A stretch of 64,000 nt of DNA from Anthoceros angustus (taxonomy: Eukaryota > Plantae > Anthocerotophyta), in contig MU008193.1 of assembly GCA_010909165.1 (NCBI GenBank), positions 482,376 through 546,375 of the forward strand. Reading direction: 5' to 3'. Shown in pieces: positions 50,421-63,420 of this stretch. The translations under genes and the position numbers were made by a program. The first letter of the stretch is position 1; each line of letters starts with the position of its first letter. A model generated the notes under the pieces. It had not been told where the DNA came from, did not search any database, and was given only the letters and a program-made list of their open reading frames with translations.

Positions 50421-52877
50421 ATGGCTTGCACTCTGGCTCGATCGCGTTCCAGGCCTTACCTTGGCCCGAATGGTTCCCCCCCTCGGAGTATGCCCTCCTG
50501 CTGCCCGACGCAATTGCAACTCCCAGCGTCCAACAACTGGCTCGCCACGACCAATCTTGAGTCTTTCCGTTCGTCAAATCAAGCTGGCTCTCCGAGACTC
50601 TTTTTCGCGAGAGAGCAGGATAGGGGCCGAGCAAATGCTGGGTGGCGGCAAGTCATTAGGGCTGCCAGTCTGAGAGGCAGGTTTCCGGAAACTCCCCTTC
50701 AGGTCCATGCCCATCCGCCCAAGTGGTTACAGGTAGCCCGGCTACAATCGGCTGAGAGCATGAAGGCATTTCGGGAAGGGTTGCTAGAGAGTCCGAGTAA
50801 GAGTGCTCCTTCCCTCAATTTTAAAACCTTGGAGGAAAGGTTGGCGGGTGGGAACTTCAGAGTTGGCACAACGGAGACTTGCCCCTGGTATCTGATGGAG
50901 CTGTCCATGCATTGCGAGTACAGCCAGGCCTACGACCTGGAGGCAGAGGGTTTGGGATTCATTCCAACCGGCATCAAGTCGGTGTTCAGTGTGCCTCTGG
51001 GGCATGACATTCACGGACTTGCCGAAATATGGAGTTGCATGCTGGGTCTACGATTTGTGGTGAGAATGCGCTGTGCAGATAACCTTACTTGGTTCCCATT
51101 GATTTTGTGATTGAAGTCTGAATGGATGCTGAGAGACACAGATGGAGCCGCTGGCTAGAGCGGAGGGGCCGGATGAGTTGATTGCCGCTATCGTGAAGCT
51201 GGAGTTGAAGCTCAACTTGAAAGAGTTCTGTTTCTCCCACGAAAAACTCGCTCCTTCAACAAACCGTATCGGCAGAAAAGGTTGCATCAACTTTGGCCAG
51301 CATTAGGAACTGCATGTTCACATAGCAAGTCATGGTAATGTTCCCTTGCTCCGTTCTATCTCTATGTTGTGATATCTTAACTTATGTGCAAGAGGTAACA
51401 GGTGAAATGCTGTGTGACCAGAACTACGTGGACAGGTTGTCGAAGCGATCGGCGACATCCAGTATTCTCGGTTCAGCACATTATGGTCACCGGAGAGGCC
51501 TCGATTTGCTGTTATTGAGATTGCATCAGGGTACATTTCTCTTCGTTCCTTTCACTATAGCTCCTCCGCTGGACTGTTTTTGGTAGTAATTGCTTGCCCG
51601 CTTTGGCGGACCAGAGGGAGCTGTACCCGTGTCAAATCTGCTTCGTTTGTGCAGGTACATATTTGGACACGTTGTATTTGCCCCTAGTCCCCTGTCACCA
51701 GAATATAGCTATGCTCCACACAAATGGAGGTGAGCGTTCATCCTGTTCAGGCTTTGGCGGTTTCTCGCTCACCTAGGCTGGCAGGAATGCCACTGCTCCT
51801 GTCAGCAGCTTCATAGACGCTAAACATCTCTGAGCTGTTTGCAGTGCGGGAATTCCTCCATCATTAGCTGGTCTTGCCGTGAACATCGCAGGGTCTGCAG
51901 GTTTGCTATATGGTTTCTGTATTTTTGTGGTTGTGCATTATGTCGTTTGAAACAAACAGAATAAATGCAATCTGGTGTTGCCAAAACCGCTCAACTCCAT
52001 TGTGTTCTGTGACAGGGGATAAGCTTGTGGATCCATGTTGCGGCTTAGGCACGATCCTGTTTGAAGCACAAAGGTAGGACACGTGCAAATCCTGTTGCTA
52101 AGCTGCAACATATTGTGGTTCTCATACTTGAGTGTGCGTGCCACATATAGACGGGGGCTGAAGGTTGAAGGATATGACCTTTCCCTGCAAGCATTGGTCA
52201 AAACTTGCCACAATTTAGACTTCTTTCAAGCTTCATACTTGAAGACATGGGGTGATTTTTGCTCTATATTCGGGCCACATAATCCAAGAACAGCTACGGC
52301 GCCCCCCCTCTTATCACAATGGCTTCCAGCTTCAGCACATGTGACCACGAGCAAGGACACCACACAGTATTCATTTGATGAAGCGGTGTTGCACCAGGAT
52401 TCTTCTTACTATGTAGGGGCTATGCCAGTCTCGCAGCTTCATACAACGGAAAAATGGCAAGGTTCCACTTCAAGTTCTGGGACTGAGAAGCTGGTTAGCA
52501 GTTTCAAGATGGATGGGACCGAGCAGTTGAAGTCTGGTGAAGCACAGACATCAGAGGTTGCGGGTCCAACGGCTTTGCCAAACGCTGGTCGTGAGATGGT
52601 GTATTTGGCCATGCAGGATGCTAGGACCTTGGATTTCCAGGCTGATTGTGTTGTAAGCAACCTCCCTTTTGGGAGATTTCTGAAGTTGGAGGACGGGGAT
52701 ATTGAAAGAATATTACTGAATTTGTCAGGCCGTGCCAGGAAGTACGTCTTCTTCTTTGGAAGTCCATTGACACCGAGTCTTCAAGATGCAGGATACGTTG
52801 TGGCGAAGGAAGTGTCTGTTTGCCAAAGCAACAAGAGATTTATGTCCATTTGCACATATCCGCATTTGAGAAGGTAG
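50421..52877 (+). CDS. Putative RNA methyltransferase (UPF0020/THUMP-type class I SAM), multi-exon
   Basis: LVDPCCGLGTILFEA motif I at about 52025, plus GYDLS, QDAR and VVSNLPFG. Internal exon boundaries are only partly resolved. Confidence 0.75.
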
Positions 52878-53223
52878 GAAGTGAATGTCTACGCTTTCTT
52901 TTTTATCATGTTCCGAAAGAGGGCAAGTTGGTTATTACTCTTGGCAACCCCATATTGTTTCGCTGGTTACGAACGTAGAGATCAGATCAAATAAATCTGG
53001 CCGATAGAAGCTACGGGAGACTCTGGTATTACGCCAGGTTAAGACTTTACAAGGCAGAATTCAACTTTTTCAAAGACTAGGCCTAGAAATCTAGCGAATA
53101 CACCAAACTAATGCATATCCATATCCACAGGTGGCCATGTAAGTGAATTTGACATGTGCCACGTCAATCGCACACATTCATAACACTGGGCGGAATCCTC
53201 TGAATCCTCCACACGACCTTGAT

Positions 53224-53224
53224 G

Positions 53225-53255
<31 letters not shown>
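53224..53255. repeat. (CTG)n microsatellite
   Basis: About 10 nearly perfect trinucleotide units. Confidence 0.85.
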
Positions 53256-53397
53256 CTTTGTAGCTTGTATTATGACACTGCCATTGGGAAGACGAGTAAC
53301 ATGATCGACCCTTCTGATAAGGCTACGGTGCACGCCCTCGATCTTCCAAATTGGACTTGTTTTCCTTTCATTTTGTTGATGGAGAAAAAAAAATTGT

Positions 53398-54773
53398 TCA
53401 ACGGCAGTTTGGAGGGTTGTAGCACTTCACCAATCCAGACAATGGAGGAGGTGGAGGTGGTAGACTGCTCAGATCCACAGTTCTGACTTCCCCAGGTGCG
53501 AAGGACAGACGGCTGTGTCTGTGAAAAACAAACTCTGTACGGTGAGACGTGATCCACTGAGGTTTCATCAACAATGCTGCAACCATGATTGCGGAGTTAC
53601 CTGCGAAGGTCCAGCCCAGTCAAGGCAGCTTGCAGCACAGAGAGGTTGTCGGAGTCGGGTGATACAATGACAATACTTGCACCCAAGTACTGGGTTTCCA
53701 GTATGGACATGAGTTGGGTTAAGCGAACAAACACATCTGCCACGCTTTCATTCGGTGTTCCATCAGTGAAGGGAGGTGGACGCCAGTTGGAAGATTCTGA
53801 ATCCATTTCATGCACCTGGAAGATCAAGGCGTTATACTATCCACCCCATGCAAAGTACACATGAGAATGCGCTGCAAAGATAAGAATTGTTCTAACCTCT
53901 CTGTACAGAATGAGAGGCCTTCCTTCAAATGCCCCCAGACCTCTTGCATCCAAGAAGCTGTATTCTGGAACAATCCGGCTGCCATGCCATTGACACAATA
54001 ATCAAGAGGGGTTGGCTAGCTCTGTTGGCAGAGAAGAGGTTGTGGCAGCAAACAAGGTAGGTTGCCTACCTTCGGTTGATGTCGTTAATGAAAGCAATGA
54101 TTTCCGCAGTTTGGTACGCTCGCTGATTGATGGAAGGCCAAATCCAGCAGCTCCCTTCGCATGCGCCAATCGCTTTCAATGTGATGGCTGCTTTCATGGT
54201 TTGTCTCTTGCCTTCCTCAGACAGTCCGCTGCCCAGCGATGTCTTTGCCACCGGGTTAGTGTTGATAATTCCTTTCTGCTCGTACATGGACTCGCCTGCT
54301 CGCACCAAATAGTATCTGCGACACCCAAGACGTCAAATGCCCACGTCTGAAGCAATTCCTTGTGGTCAACTTGAGCATCGCGACAGCAGGAAAAATAGAG
54401 ACCCGCAGGGACATTACCGGTTGTTCAGCTTAACGGGAGGCATTTGGAGCAGGGCCGCATTTGCTGGCTGCAATCCCCAATTGTGGTCCACCAACGCCTG
54501 CCAAGGAGGCGCCCGCCCACACAAGTCATTGGTCCCGTGGGCAAATCCCAAGTTGAGCATGCAACTGACGGCCAAGGCCGCGGCCGCGGCTGCAGCAGCT
54601 TTGGTACGGCCATGATCTCTCGGGGAATCCAATTCGGACTTATAGCATCTCACTGGGCCAGCATGTAGCTGACAGCTTTGGCACAGGAAGAACCCGGGGG
54701 CGTGAGCGTGGACAATCCGCGCAGACAAAGAGGAGGCAGGCACGCATATCCCAGCTGGGTGGGCTCTTGCCAT
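53398..54773 (-). CDS. Histidine phosphatase/phosphoglycerate-mutase-like protein, probably plastid
   Basis: YLVRAGES (degenerate RHG), INTNPVAKTS, RAYQTAEII, FLDARGLGAFEG, DGTPNESVADVFVR, SPDSDNLS and GLDLRRH..L.F.PGEVR. Confidence 0.85.
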
Positions 54774-55113
54774 TCCAGCCTTTTTCCAACAAGTGTGGCG
54801 CGGATAGGAAATTTGAGGCTCTGATCTTGTTGTGACATATGTGAGAGCATCAATGCGAAGGGTCTATTGCCGTCTTTGCGCCACGGTGGGAGCCTTGTAG
54901 CAAGCCATGTTGACAATGACCAAGACCGAACTCTGTTCCGACTGCTCATGGGAGTTGTGTGCACCGAGACGATGCCTCTAACATTTTCTCCATTGTGCGC
55001 CTCCAGATTTGCTTATGAAAGATCAAGTTTCTAGATAATGCAACGAAATCTTCGAAAGTGACCGAGACGGCTGGTTTCTTGTAGGATCAATTTCTTGTGT
55101 TTCACGAGCAACA

Positions 55114-56424
55114 TTACTTTCTGTGCAAAAGCAACAGGCGCGGACACATTGGTCGGTTGAGCCACTCATGATGACTGACGACCCAACCTTGTGCAGGCAA
55201 GGCCTGTGAGTAGTCCCTTACTGCTTCGTACTCTTCCCTGAAGAAGATCCAATCATGAGATCAAGTAAGCAAGAAGATAGAGAAAACTGCAAATCCCCAT
55301 CTCACAGAGAAGTGCATTGAACTGGATGGAAGCTCGCTGACACACCTTCCTCCAGGATGGCCGACGTACGCCATCAAACTGATGAGCCCGCCAGTGCAAA
55401 CCAAACTGGTTGCGGAGGTGAGGGCTTTCAGAGTGGTATCTATTGCAGTAATGATGTGCTTATCTCCTCCAGGAAGGTAGCCGAGGTTGAAGGCCACCAG
55501 TCTGACATGTCCCACCACAGTTAAGCCCACTTTTAGCGTGCAGCTCAGAACAAACTCTCATGCTTCGGTCATGCAACGCTGATAACCTGCTGTAACATAC
55601 CTCACCGATGAATCCCCTGCTAGCTCGTGCAGCTTGCTGTGGCACATAGTCAACAATTCCACATGCCTTGTCTGCATCCGCGAATAACAGAGGTGGGCAC
55701 AGCATTTTGTAGCCAGTGTCTAGATACGTGAAAACAGGAGGTAGTGCATCAAAGAACCTGAGCAGGTGCCAGGTGTGACTCCAGAAGCATGGCAGTTTTT
55801 TGCACAGCGCTCTCTTGTATGTCGAGACCAAGTACTCTTCCTGGAGTTTCCTCAGAATACACAAGTTTGGCTAACTCCAGGGTGTCCAAGCCGTTACCAC
55901 AAGTGGCATCGATCACCACGTCCCCTGGTCGGACCACACGTTGCCACACTCTGAGGACAGCATCGCCATCAGTAGTAGAATATAACGAGAAGAACACAAG
56001 TGGCAGCAGTGCCTTGCAAAAGTTCGTCTACTCCACCCACAAATCCAGCAACATAGGACAGCCACCACTCACGCATGAGCCACTGAAGTTGTCTTGCCAC
56101 CATCCAGCAAAAAGTCCGCAAGCCCAAGGCTGCCTGCAACAACACCACATAACTGCTACGGGATACGATTAATCTCCCCCACCACAATCAGAAATTCGTA
56201 CAGGCAGTTTGTCAATTGTGCATGGAAGCAAAAGGATGAGCACCTGCTGCGGGCTCAACTGGAGCTGCAGATGAAGCAGAGCGGAAACTCCATGACTGGA
56301 GCCGGCTGTTAAGGCGGTTTCCGCAGACTCCTGGCACCGCGGAACGGTGGAAGAAGGACAAGGACGGTGGGCGCGACGTGAAGGCGCAGTGCCATGGCAG
56401 GCTCACTCTCCAAGCCGAAGCCAT
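55114..56424 (-). CDS. Putative rRNA methylase (YtqB-like SAM methyltransferase)
   Basis: [31 protein letters not shown] and YVGHPGG.EEYEAV. Confidence 0.88.
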
Positions 56425-56588
56425 GCGATGTATGCTGCCCTTGCCAGGTGAACGGAGGAATGCCGTGGTCAAGGTTAAACCGAGTGTGACCAGGGGTTAA
56501 GTTTGCGGGTGGGTCGAACCCAGCAGATAAGACTAGGGGCCAGCGTAAGGCGAACACTGGGCCGTTAAACGCTCGGGGAAGCTTGGCC

Positions 56589-57374
56589 ATGGCGACGCCA
56601 GTGCGAGTGTGCTCCTCTGCGTCTGCGACGGCATTCGGGACGGCGCGAGCTTTGCCAATTCCTACTGACCATAGCGTGGCCTGCGCCTGCAGCAGAAGCC
56701 ATTTCTGGGGCTCCAGCCTGGAGCTCACCACCAGCGCATCCGCATGGCCTGCAAGTGCCAGCACTGACCGGAGCGAGCGGCGGCCGGGGAGCGCGCGGGC
56801 CGAAGGCTTCGACTTGTGGCAGGTCCTGGGCGGCCGCGGGCTGCAGGGCGGCGAGCAAGGCCTCAAGGAGGACAAGACGCAGCAGGTGCTCAAAGACGCG
56901 GCAGCGGCTGTCAAGGCCGGCAAGCGCAAGACCAAGGGCGGGGCAGCAGGCAACAGCAGCGGCGGTGAGGAGGAGGAGCAGGACGCATTCAGGAAGGAAC
57001 TGGCGGGTCTCACGGGAGGCTTCCCGGGTGGAGAGAAGGGCTTGAAACAGTTCGTGGTGAAGAATCCTCCCCCGCCAAAGGGGTCCAAGGGGGCCACGCA
57101 GCTGCAGGAGAAGCTTGCGCAGAAGCGGACGCTGCTGCCGCCGCTGCTGTTGCCTGGCATGACGGTGCGGGTCATCCAGCCCAAGAACCCCTACCACCTC
57201 TTCACTGGCATTGTGCAAAGAGTGACGGACGGCAAGGCTGGAGTGATTTTCGAAGGTGGTAACTGGGACAAGCTGGTATCGTTTAACATCACCGATTTGG
57301 AGCGCACGGCTAAGGGTCCGCCCATGACCAATCCCAAGTCAGCGATTCTGGAACTGGAGGACAGCAAGCCATGA
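56589..57374 (+). CDS. NDHS: Chloroplast NDH complex subunit S (CRR31), intronless
   Basis: FDLWQVLGGRGL, ELAGLTGGFPGGEKGL and the SH3-like PGMTV...GIVQRVTDGKAGVIFEGGNWDKL, with a transit peptide. Confidence 0.95.
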   Translation: MATPVRVCSSASATAFGTARALPIPTDHSVACACSRSHFWGSSLELTTSASAWPASASTDRSERRPGSARAEGFDLWQVLGGRGLQGGEQGLKEDKTQQVLKDAAAAVKAGKRKTKGGAAGNSSGGEEEEQDAFRKELAGLTGGFPGGEKGLKQFVVKNPPPPKGSKGATQLQEKLAQKRTLLPPLLLPGMTVRVIQPKNPYHLFTGIVQRVTDGKAGVIFEGGNWDKLVSFNITDLERTAKGPPMTNPKSAILELEDSKP

Positions 57375-57613
57375 CAGGATTGCGTCTCCCTCCCACCCCG
57401 AGCCTCGGCCCGGCATTCATCTTGCCACCAATTTCTTTTCCTCGAACACGGCAACGATAGGAGGCATCCTCTTCACGTTCAAAAGCTTGGCCGCGCCTTC
57501 ACTCTACGGAATCTTCAAAGTTTAGGATCTTCTCTTCAAAGTTCAAAGCTCTGGGCAACGCTTTGCTTTGATGTACCGTTTCTACATTTTCACCAGTCAC
57601 TACATTTGTCCCA

Positions 57614-57730
57614 ATGTATTGTTTCCTTCAAACCGCTTTCCGATGAAAACGTATGTATTGTTTCCTTCAAACCGCTTTCCGATGAAAACGTATGTATTGT
57701 TTCCTTCAAACCGCTTTCCGATGAAAACGT
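57614..57730. repeat. 39-bp tandem repeat x3
   Basis: ATGTATTGTTTCCTTCAAACCGCTTTCCGATGAAAACGT starts at 57614, 57653 and 57692, between the convergent NDHS and PHR1 3' ends. Confidence 0.95.
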
Positions 57731-57933
57731 CATAATGCTCACCGAGGGTAAGCTCCACCGTTCACTGCTTGCCTCGCAATGCAATGTGCAAAAGACAGCG
57801 CTCTACGACCCTTTAACTTGATTTTTAACCTGTACCTACTACGTAGGTACATCCCAGGCAACAGGTTCATAACGGGGGAACGGGAGAAGCAAATCGATAG
57901 AGACACTACACAAATGTGAAAAGTTTGCGCATC

Positions 57934-60705
57934 CTATCCAACTTGTTTCACGGGATCATAAGCGTTAGAACCCTTCTTCGTGGGCTTGAAATACGAATCA
58001 ATTCCAGAAGCAGCCTTTTCAGCCCCCGCATTCTTTTCCTCAACACCCGGACCTCCCTTAAGCTTGATCTGCTTCGTCAGCCTCTTCACATATGCTATAT
58101 AGCCGTCCACATTGAACTTCCGTTTGCAACCGGCATAGTTCATATACCGAATTTTCCCAAAAATGGGACGTTCTCCCCATCCCTGAGAGACCTGGGAGCT
58201 TAGTCAGCAATGTATCCTTGACATTGCCATGGGAAATGTAACACCACTAAAGCTTTCAAGCTCGGGTTCCTTGAGGGTAGATTACCTGGTCGTGAACACC
58301 ACAGATTGACCACATACATCCAACATAACCATTGGGATCCCGGCCATCCAACTCATACTGAACACAATGCCACGGAATGCAGGTGAATTCTTCCTAATCT
58401 TTTTAGAATCAACAAATTGCTTTTCGTCCTGAGATTCTGCAAACCTTGTCATTGAGATAAATGGCAATTGCTAAGGCCTCTTCTGGGGCTGTAGTCCACT
58501 CAAGAATCTTCTTCGCCCAGTACATCCTGAAATAGTCAACAGCCGTACAAAGTTTGTGCCTCAAGACTGTTGAGACAAGAAATACTGTAAAATGAAGAAC
58601 TGGGAGCTCACCTCATGAAACCATGCATCTTTCCATAATGCACCATCTCCAACTGTGCTGCATTCCACAGCTGCAAATTTGTTGAAACACAACATTGGCC
58701 AGAAATCATCAGCCATTGCAACTTACAGCAGTGGAAACACCACTACAGGCACTAGTAGAGTCTTCTGATTACAAATCATTTCAAGCACCAGACGCCCATC
58801 CCCAGGACCAAGACTCGAGTACAACAGGACATACCTCATCTTTTGTCTGTGCCTTCTCCAGCTGCTCCCGGCTGCAACACAGTGCGTGAGTAGCAAAAGG
58901 TGCGAAGTGAATTCAGAGCAAGAGACCTGCCAAACTCAAAGCAACGACAGGGCCCTGATCGAAGTCATACGTGTACAGGTGCTCCCGTTTATCTCCTGCG
59001 TGGTCCATCAGAGTCTTTCGAGCCCAATCCCAGGCCCCGTTCAAGCTGTCATAGGCTGGCTGATAGAAGCAATAATTTTCGGCGAGTTCTCTCCTGATCA
59101 CTAGTTCTTCTAAGAACGAGTCTGCAGGCTGAGTCGACACATATATCAGCTGCTGCAGACTACAGCATACAAACAGTGTCCAGTGTCAAACCAACCACAA
59201 TTTTTGTAACCAGGTGGGAGTCTCAGCATAAAATGTTTTCCACCAGGTTAACAAACCGTTCGGAAAGATAACGCAGATTTGAAAAATCACATCATAGACT
59301 CCCAGCACAGAAGAATCATAAGAGCGGCAGGGAAAAAGCCCCATAATATTTTCCACAGTACCTTGGGATAGGTATTCCTGACTTTGCGAGCCTCAAAAGC
59401 ACACCGTTGTGCAGCAATGTGCCCATAGTGCAGATAGGGAGACAGTCCAGAAAGACTTGAAGGTTTGTTGGGATCATTGCGCTGCTCGTAGTTCTTAATC
59501 CGAACTGTGAGAAACCCATTGTTAGGACCTAGAAGCACCTCCCTTGCGGCATCCTCCCCAGGTTCAGACCAATCAACCTCTGGCACCTCAGCACCCTTCC
59601 TAGATGATGAAACAGTGTCAATACCTCATGCTCACGACAACACAAATTACCTGCATGCCACATGAGAACTGCATCACACTGACTATCACGCCATATTGAA
59701 AGACGGGCCAACCTGAGCACATCTTCAAGCAGCTCGTCCCACTTGATGACTGAGGGAGGCTGTCGAGCCCAGGGATTGTTAGGCTTGTGCAGCTCAGGGA
59801 AGTCGAGCAGATATTCAGGAAGCAGTTTCTGAATCTTCCCTCTGATTGTGCGGGCACTGTATTCCAACTTGTCAGACGCCAGCCACACTGGTACCACATT
59901 ATGAGCATCCACTTCCTGCACAGTGATGCCCGGCGACACCGCCTTGCAGATACCTTCCCTCCAGACCCGGCCTATTCTAAGAGGAGAGAAATCCATGACC
60001 AGAAGCGAGGCGCCGCAGTCACTCAAGAAGCGAGGGACAGTCTCCTCTGCCTTGCCCTGCGCGCACGAAACGGGCCAACATGAGGCAGATGAAGCTACAA
60101 GGCCGCAGTGAAGACAGCAGCAACCACGAACCCCAACGCGACGGACCTTGAGGCATTCACCATCAGAAGAGACTTGCCCTGAACAAGAAGAACGGAATGT
60201 CGAGATTCTTCAAGTTCTTCTCCATCACCCGCAGCCCCCGCAACAAAAAGCCGAAATGGCGGGCCTTCGCATGCAGAAAGCTATCCACCAGATTGAACAC
60301 CACCGCAAGCGGCACACCCCGAGCCTCTGCCTGTTCCGCAGCGTGCAACAAGGCCCAATTGTCGCAGGACCTCTGGTCCCTGGACACCCAGTACACAACG
60401 GGCCCGCGCAGGCTGCCATCCCCGCTCTTGAGAGTTCGCACACGGCGTGCGTCCACCCCCTTGGCGACGCCGCCCGGCTGCGCGTTCAGCTCGTCGAAGC
60501 GCGGCTCCTCCTCATCGTCCGACACCGCCTTCTTGGATTTCTTGGCCTTGGCGGGCGGACCAGTTGCTGGCTTCCTCTTAGGAGCCATGCCAGGCGATGA
60601 ACAGCTGGCTAGTCGATCAGAGAAGCGTGTCCTCCACAGTCCGGACGTACATCCTGACGGCAGAAGCGAGACAGGCGGCAGCCAGCGGACAACGGCAACC
60701 TGCAT
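57934..60705 (-). CDS. PHR1: Class II CPD photolyase, multi-exon
   Basis: [91 protein letters not shown]. Confidence 0.96.
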
Positions 60706-61009
60706 GTGGGAGCGGCGAGAAAGAAATGAAATCCGTTAGGGTTATGAGAAGGTGTTTCGCGTCCCAATGCTCGTGCCATAGATTTTGCGTAAGTATGTAC
60801 ATACATACGTACCTAGGTACAAGAAGAATAGTCCACATGGACGGAACAACTTGTACCATGGTGTGCCTAACCTACTTGCACCAAGGGCATCCACTCCCTC
60901 CAGGCACCCCATCTACGTACCGATCTAAGCGCTGGACGCTTAACAATGGTGTTCTTATAAAATGTTTGTCCACTTAGCCTAAGCCGTTTTTGGACACACG
61001 TATGATATA

Positions 61010-61448
61010 CAGGGTGTCATTTTGACCCCGTCCCAAGCTCGGTCTCGGTCCCGGCATGTGTTAAAAAAAACATGGAACCGGAGGTTCTTCAAGAGTCCGG
61101 TCCTCACCCTCGGTTCCCTATTACCCTTGGGGACCGAAGGTTCATAAAAGGTTCGGTTTAAAATTAATAAATTACTTAATTTTATATCTAAGGATTTATA
61201 TTTATTATGGACACATGGATATCTTATCATGGACGCAATTTACAGTCTGCCGGTTGGGCTGCAGTCTGCGGACTCCGCAGTCTGCAGTCTTTTATATTAT
61301 TATTTATAAATTATTTATTTAATATTTATTATATTTAATGACCATGGGTCGCAAAAAGGCACGGTCCCTGCTCGGTCCGGGACCGAGCGTAGCCAGGCTA
61401 GGCGGTCCCGGGGACTGAGCTAGTACTCGGTCAAAATGTATACCATTG
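61010..61448. mobile_element. MITE/non-autonomous hAT-like element, about 440 bp
   Basis: Imperfect TIRs CAGGGTGTCATTTTGACC and GGTCAAAATGTATACCATTG, subterminal CGGTCC/GGACCG motifs and an AT-rich core. No clear TSD. Confidence 0.5.
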
Positions 61449-61678
61449 GTATACACAGACGGTTCGAATCTGGCTGCCGTGTTTCCACGACAGACGTACC
61501 GACATTCATGCTGAGCGAGCAGGGGGTCGTCGTGACAGGGCCCAATGGCCCGTGTTTGGAGGACGAGACATGAGCCCCCCGGTTTGAGTGGTAAATTATA
61601 AGACAGTAGCGAAAGAGTAGGTAAGGAGGTAAGTGGAGAGCGCAAGAGCCCGACACAAGCTACAGAAAAGTGCGGTGG

Positions 61679-63016
61679 TCAGAAGCTATTATCGGATGTG
61701 AAGAACCAGGTGATGGAGGAAAAGTCGGCCGAAAAAATGTCACCCTGCCGAGCAGAAGCAGCCACGGTAGGCAAGGGCCTTCCGCCTCTGGTGGAGATGA
61801 ATTGAGCTGATGTGGCCGCCCCCAACAATCTGAAAGCACAGATTGGGTGAGTTAGAGCCCTAGGTAGACAAACGATTCTCGTTAGAGGCAGAGGAAAAAG
61901 TGCCTGAAGGGAGGTGGTGAAGCTTACGAAGAGCCGGAGAAGGCGTGGATGCGGTAGAGCTGCCAGGGCCAATCCCGCGGACCGAGAGAGTAGGAGGCCA
62001 CCAGTTGTCCCTCCGCCTTCCAGCCGAAGGGCCCGGAAACGGTCCAGGTGATGGAGGCAGAGCGAATGGTGATGGAGCCCAGGTGCGTGCCGCCGGGGAG
62101 GTCGAACAGGGCTCCTGCTCCCGCCGTGAATTCCCAGCTGCCCTGGTTGAAGGTCCAGTTGGTGAAGCCGGCGGCGAAGACGGCCTGCAAGAAGCGCGAG
62201 TCACGGGACACCTCCACCGGCAGGCCGATGGTGGCGGGGGGCAGCGGGTCCTGCGTGAAGAGGGTGTAGGTGGCCTGGAAGGGCACCACCACCGTCTCGG
62301 AGGCCTTGCAGGTCCGGTTGGGGTGCGCTCCTCCGGTGCCGTTGGCCAGGACGTAGGAGTAGGAGCCGAAGGAGGTGAGGAAGTTGTGGAACGTGATCTG
62401 GACGAGCTGGCTGGGGATGCTGTCGGGATCCGTGTTGTTGACGAAATACACCACCTCTCCTGCGGGCATTGAAGGCGAGCAAGAGCATGAGGCACATCAC
62501 TGGGGCCCGGGCCCGGGCCCGAGGGAATTCCGTGTCTGCGCGTGCGTACCTGAGACGACGACGTACACCTGCCCCGATTCCACCAGGTCCTCCGCGGTGT
62601 TGAGGATGGACCACTGGCCCGTGATGTTGACGCTGGTGTCGTTGTAGGCGTAGGTGTAGTTCCCTAGCAGTGCGGAGGTGTTGTGCGCATCCACCAAGAG
62701 TGCGAAGGAGCTGATCAAATCCCAGTGGCCGTGGAGGCAGCGGAACGTGCGGGAAGCGGCGCGCGTGACCGTCACCAGAGCCACACTGCAGCAACGCACG
62801 TCCAAACAAAGCAGCCTCAGCGAGGGCCGCGGTGAGAGTCCAGGCCAGGAGCAGCTGCCTGGCAGCACATTGCAGTGCGCACCTGTTTCCCACGGGAGGC
62901 GTGATGTCCGTGAGGTTGAGCGGGGGGGACTGGGACTGGGACTGGGACTGGCCCTGGCCCTGGCCCTGGGCGAGGGCCAGCATAGTCGCGAGCAAGAGCA
63001 GGGCCTTGAGCTTCAT
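61679..63016 (-). CDS. Secreted protein with two DUF3455-like domains, 4 exons
   Basis: Signal peptide MKLKALLLLATMLALAQG. Repeat 1: FRC...W...A.L...LG...DSIP..L...GTGG..P..C....VPF.ATY.F. Repeat 2: A.G...W...LFD...LG...PWQLY...TRGG.P....F.S..WF. Confidence 0.75.
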
Positions 63017-63325
63017 CCTGCTACCACTGTTTCCCGTGAACGTGGCTTCCCAATCCAGCGCTACCGCGCGCCTGCCTCTGGAGATGATCCTCCTTCGAGC
63101 AAACTTGAAGCCAGAAGCTGAAGCTGAATTGCGCAAGGCAAGGGAATGTGGATGAATCGATAACCCGTGTTCCGTCTGCCTCTTCCCGATTGCAATGCGC
63201 GTAATCATGCCCTAGCGCAATGAGGCCCGCAGCAGGCGTATTTGCAGGCAGCGATGCACGCGGCGCTGCAATGCGGGAGGTGAAAGCAGCAGGCGCCAGG
63301 TCAAGGAAAAAACGACACCATACTG

Positions 63326-63420
63326 TAGGCTAGGCTAGGCTAGGCTTGGCTAGGCTAGGCTAGGCTAGGCTAGGCTAGGCTAGGCTAGGCTAGGCTAGGC
63401 TAGGCTAGGCTAGGCTAGGC
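63326..63420. repeat. (TAGGC)n pentanucleotide microsatellite
   Basis: 19 units, one of them TTGGC. Confidence 0.95.

Noticed and set aside
56309-57218. Long antisense ORFs (291 and 217 aa) over NDHS, and similar shadows over other genes
   Set aside because: These are expected by-products of GC-rich codon usage on the opposite strand.
60971-61480. Possible tRNA/SINE split by the MITE (TAGCCTAAGC...GGTTCGAATC)
   Set aside because: The boxes are imperfect, there is no stem pairing or TSD, and the evidence is too thin.
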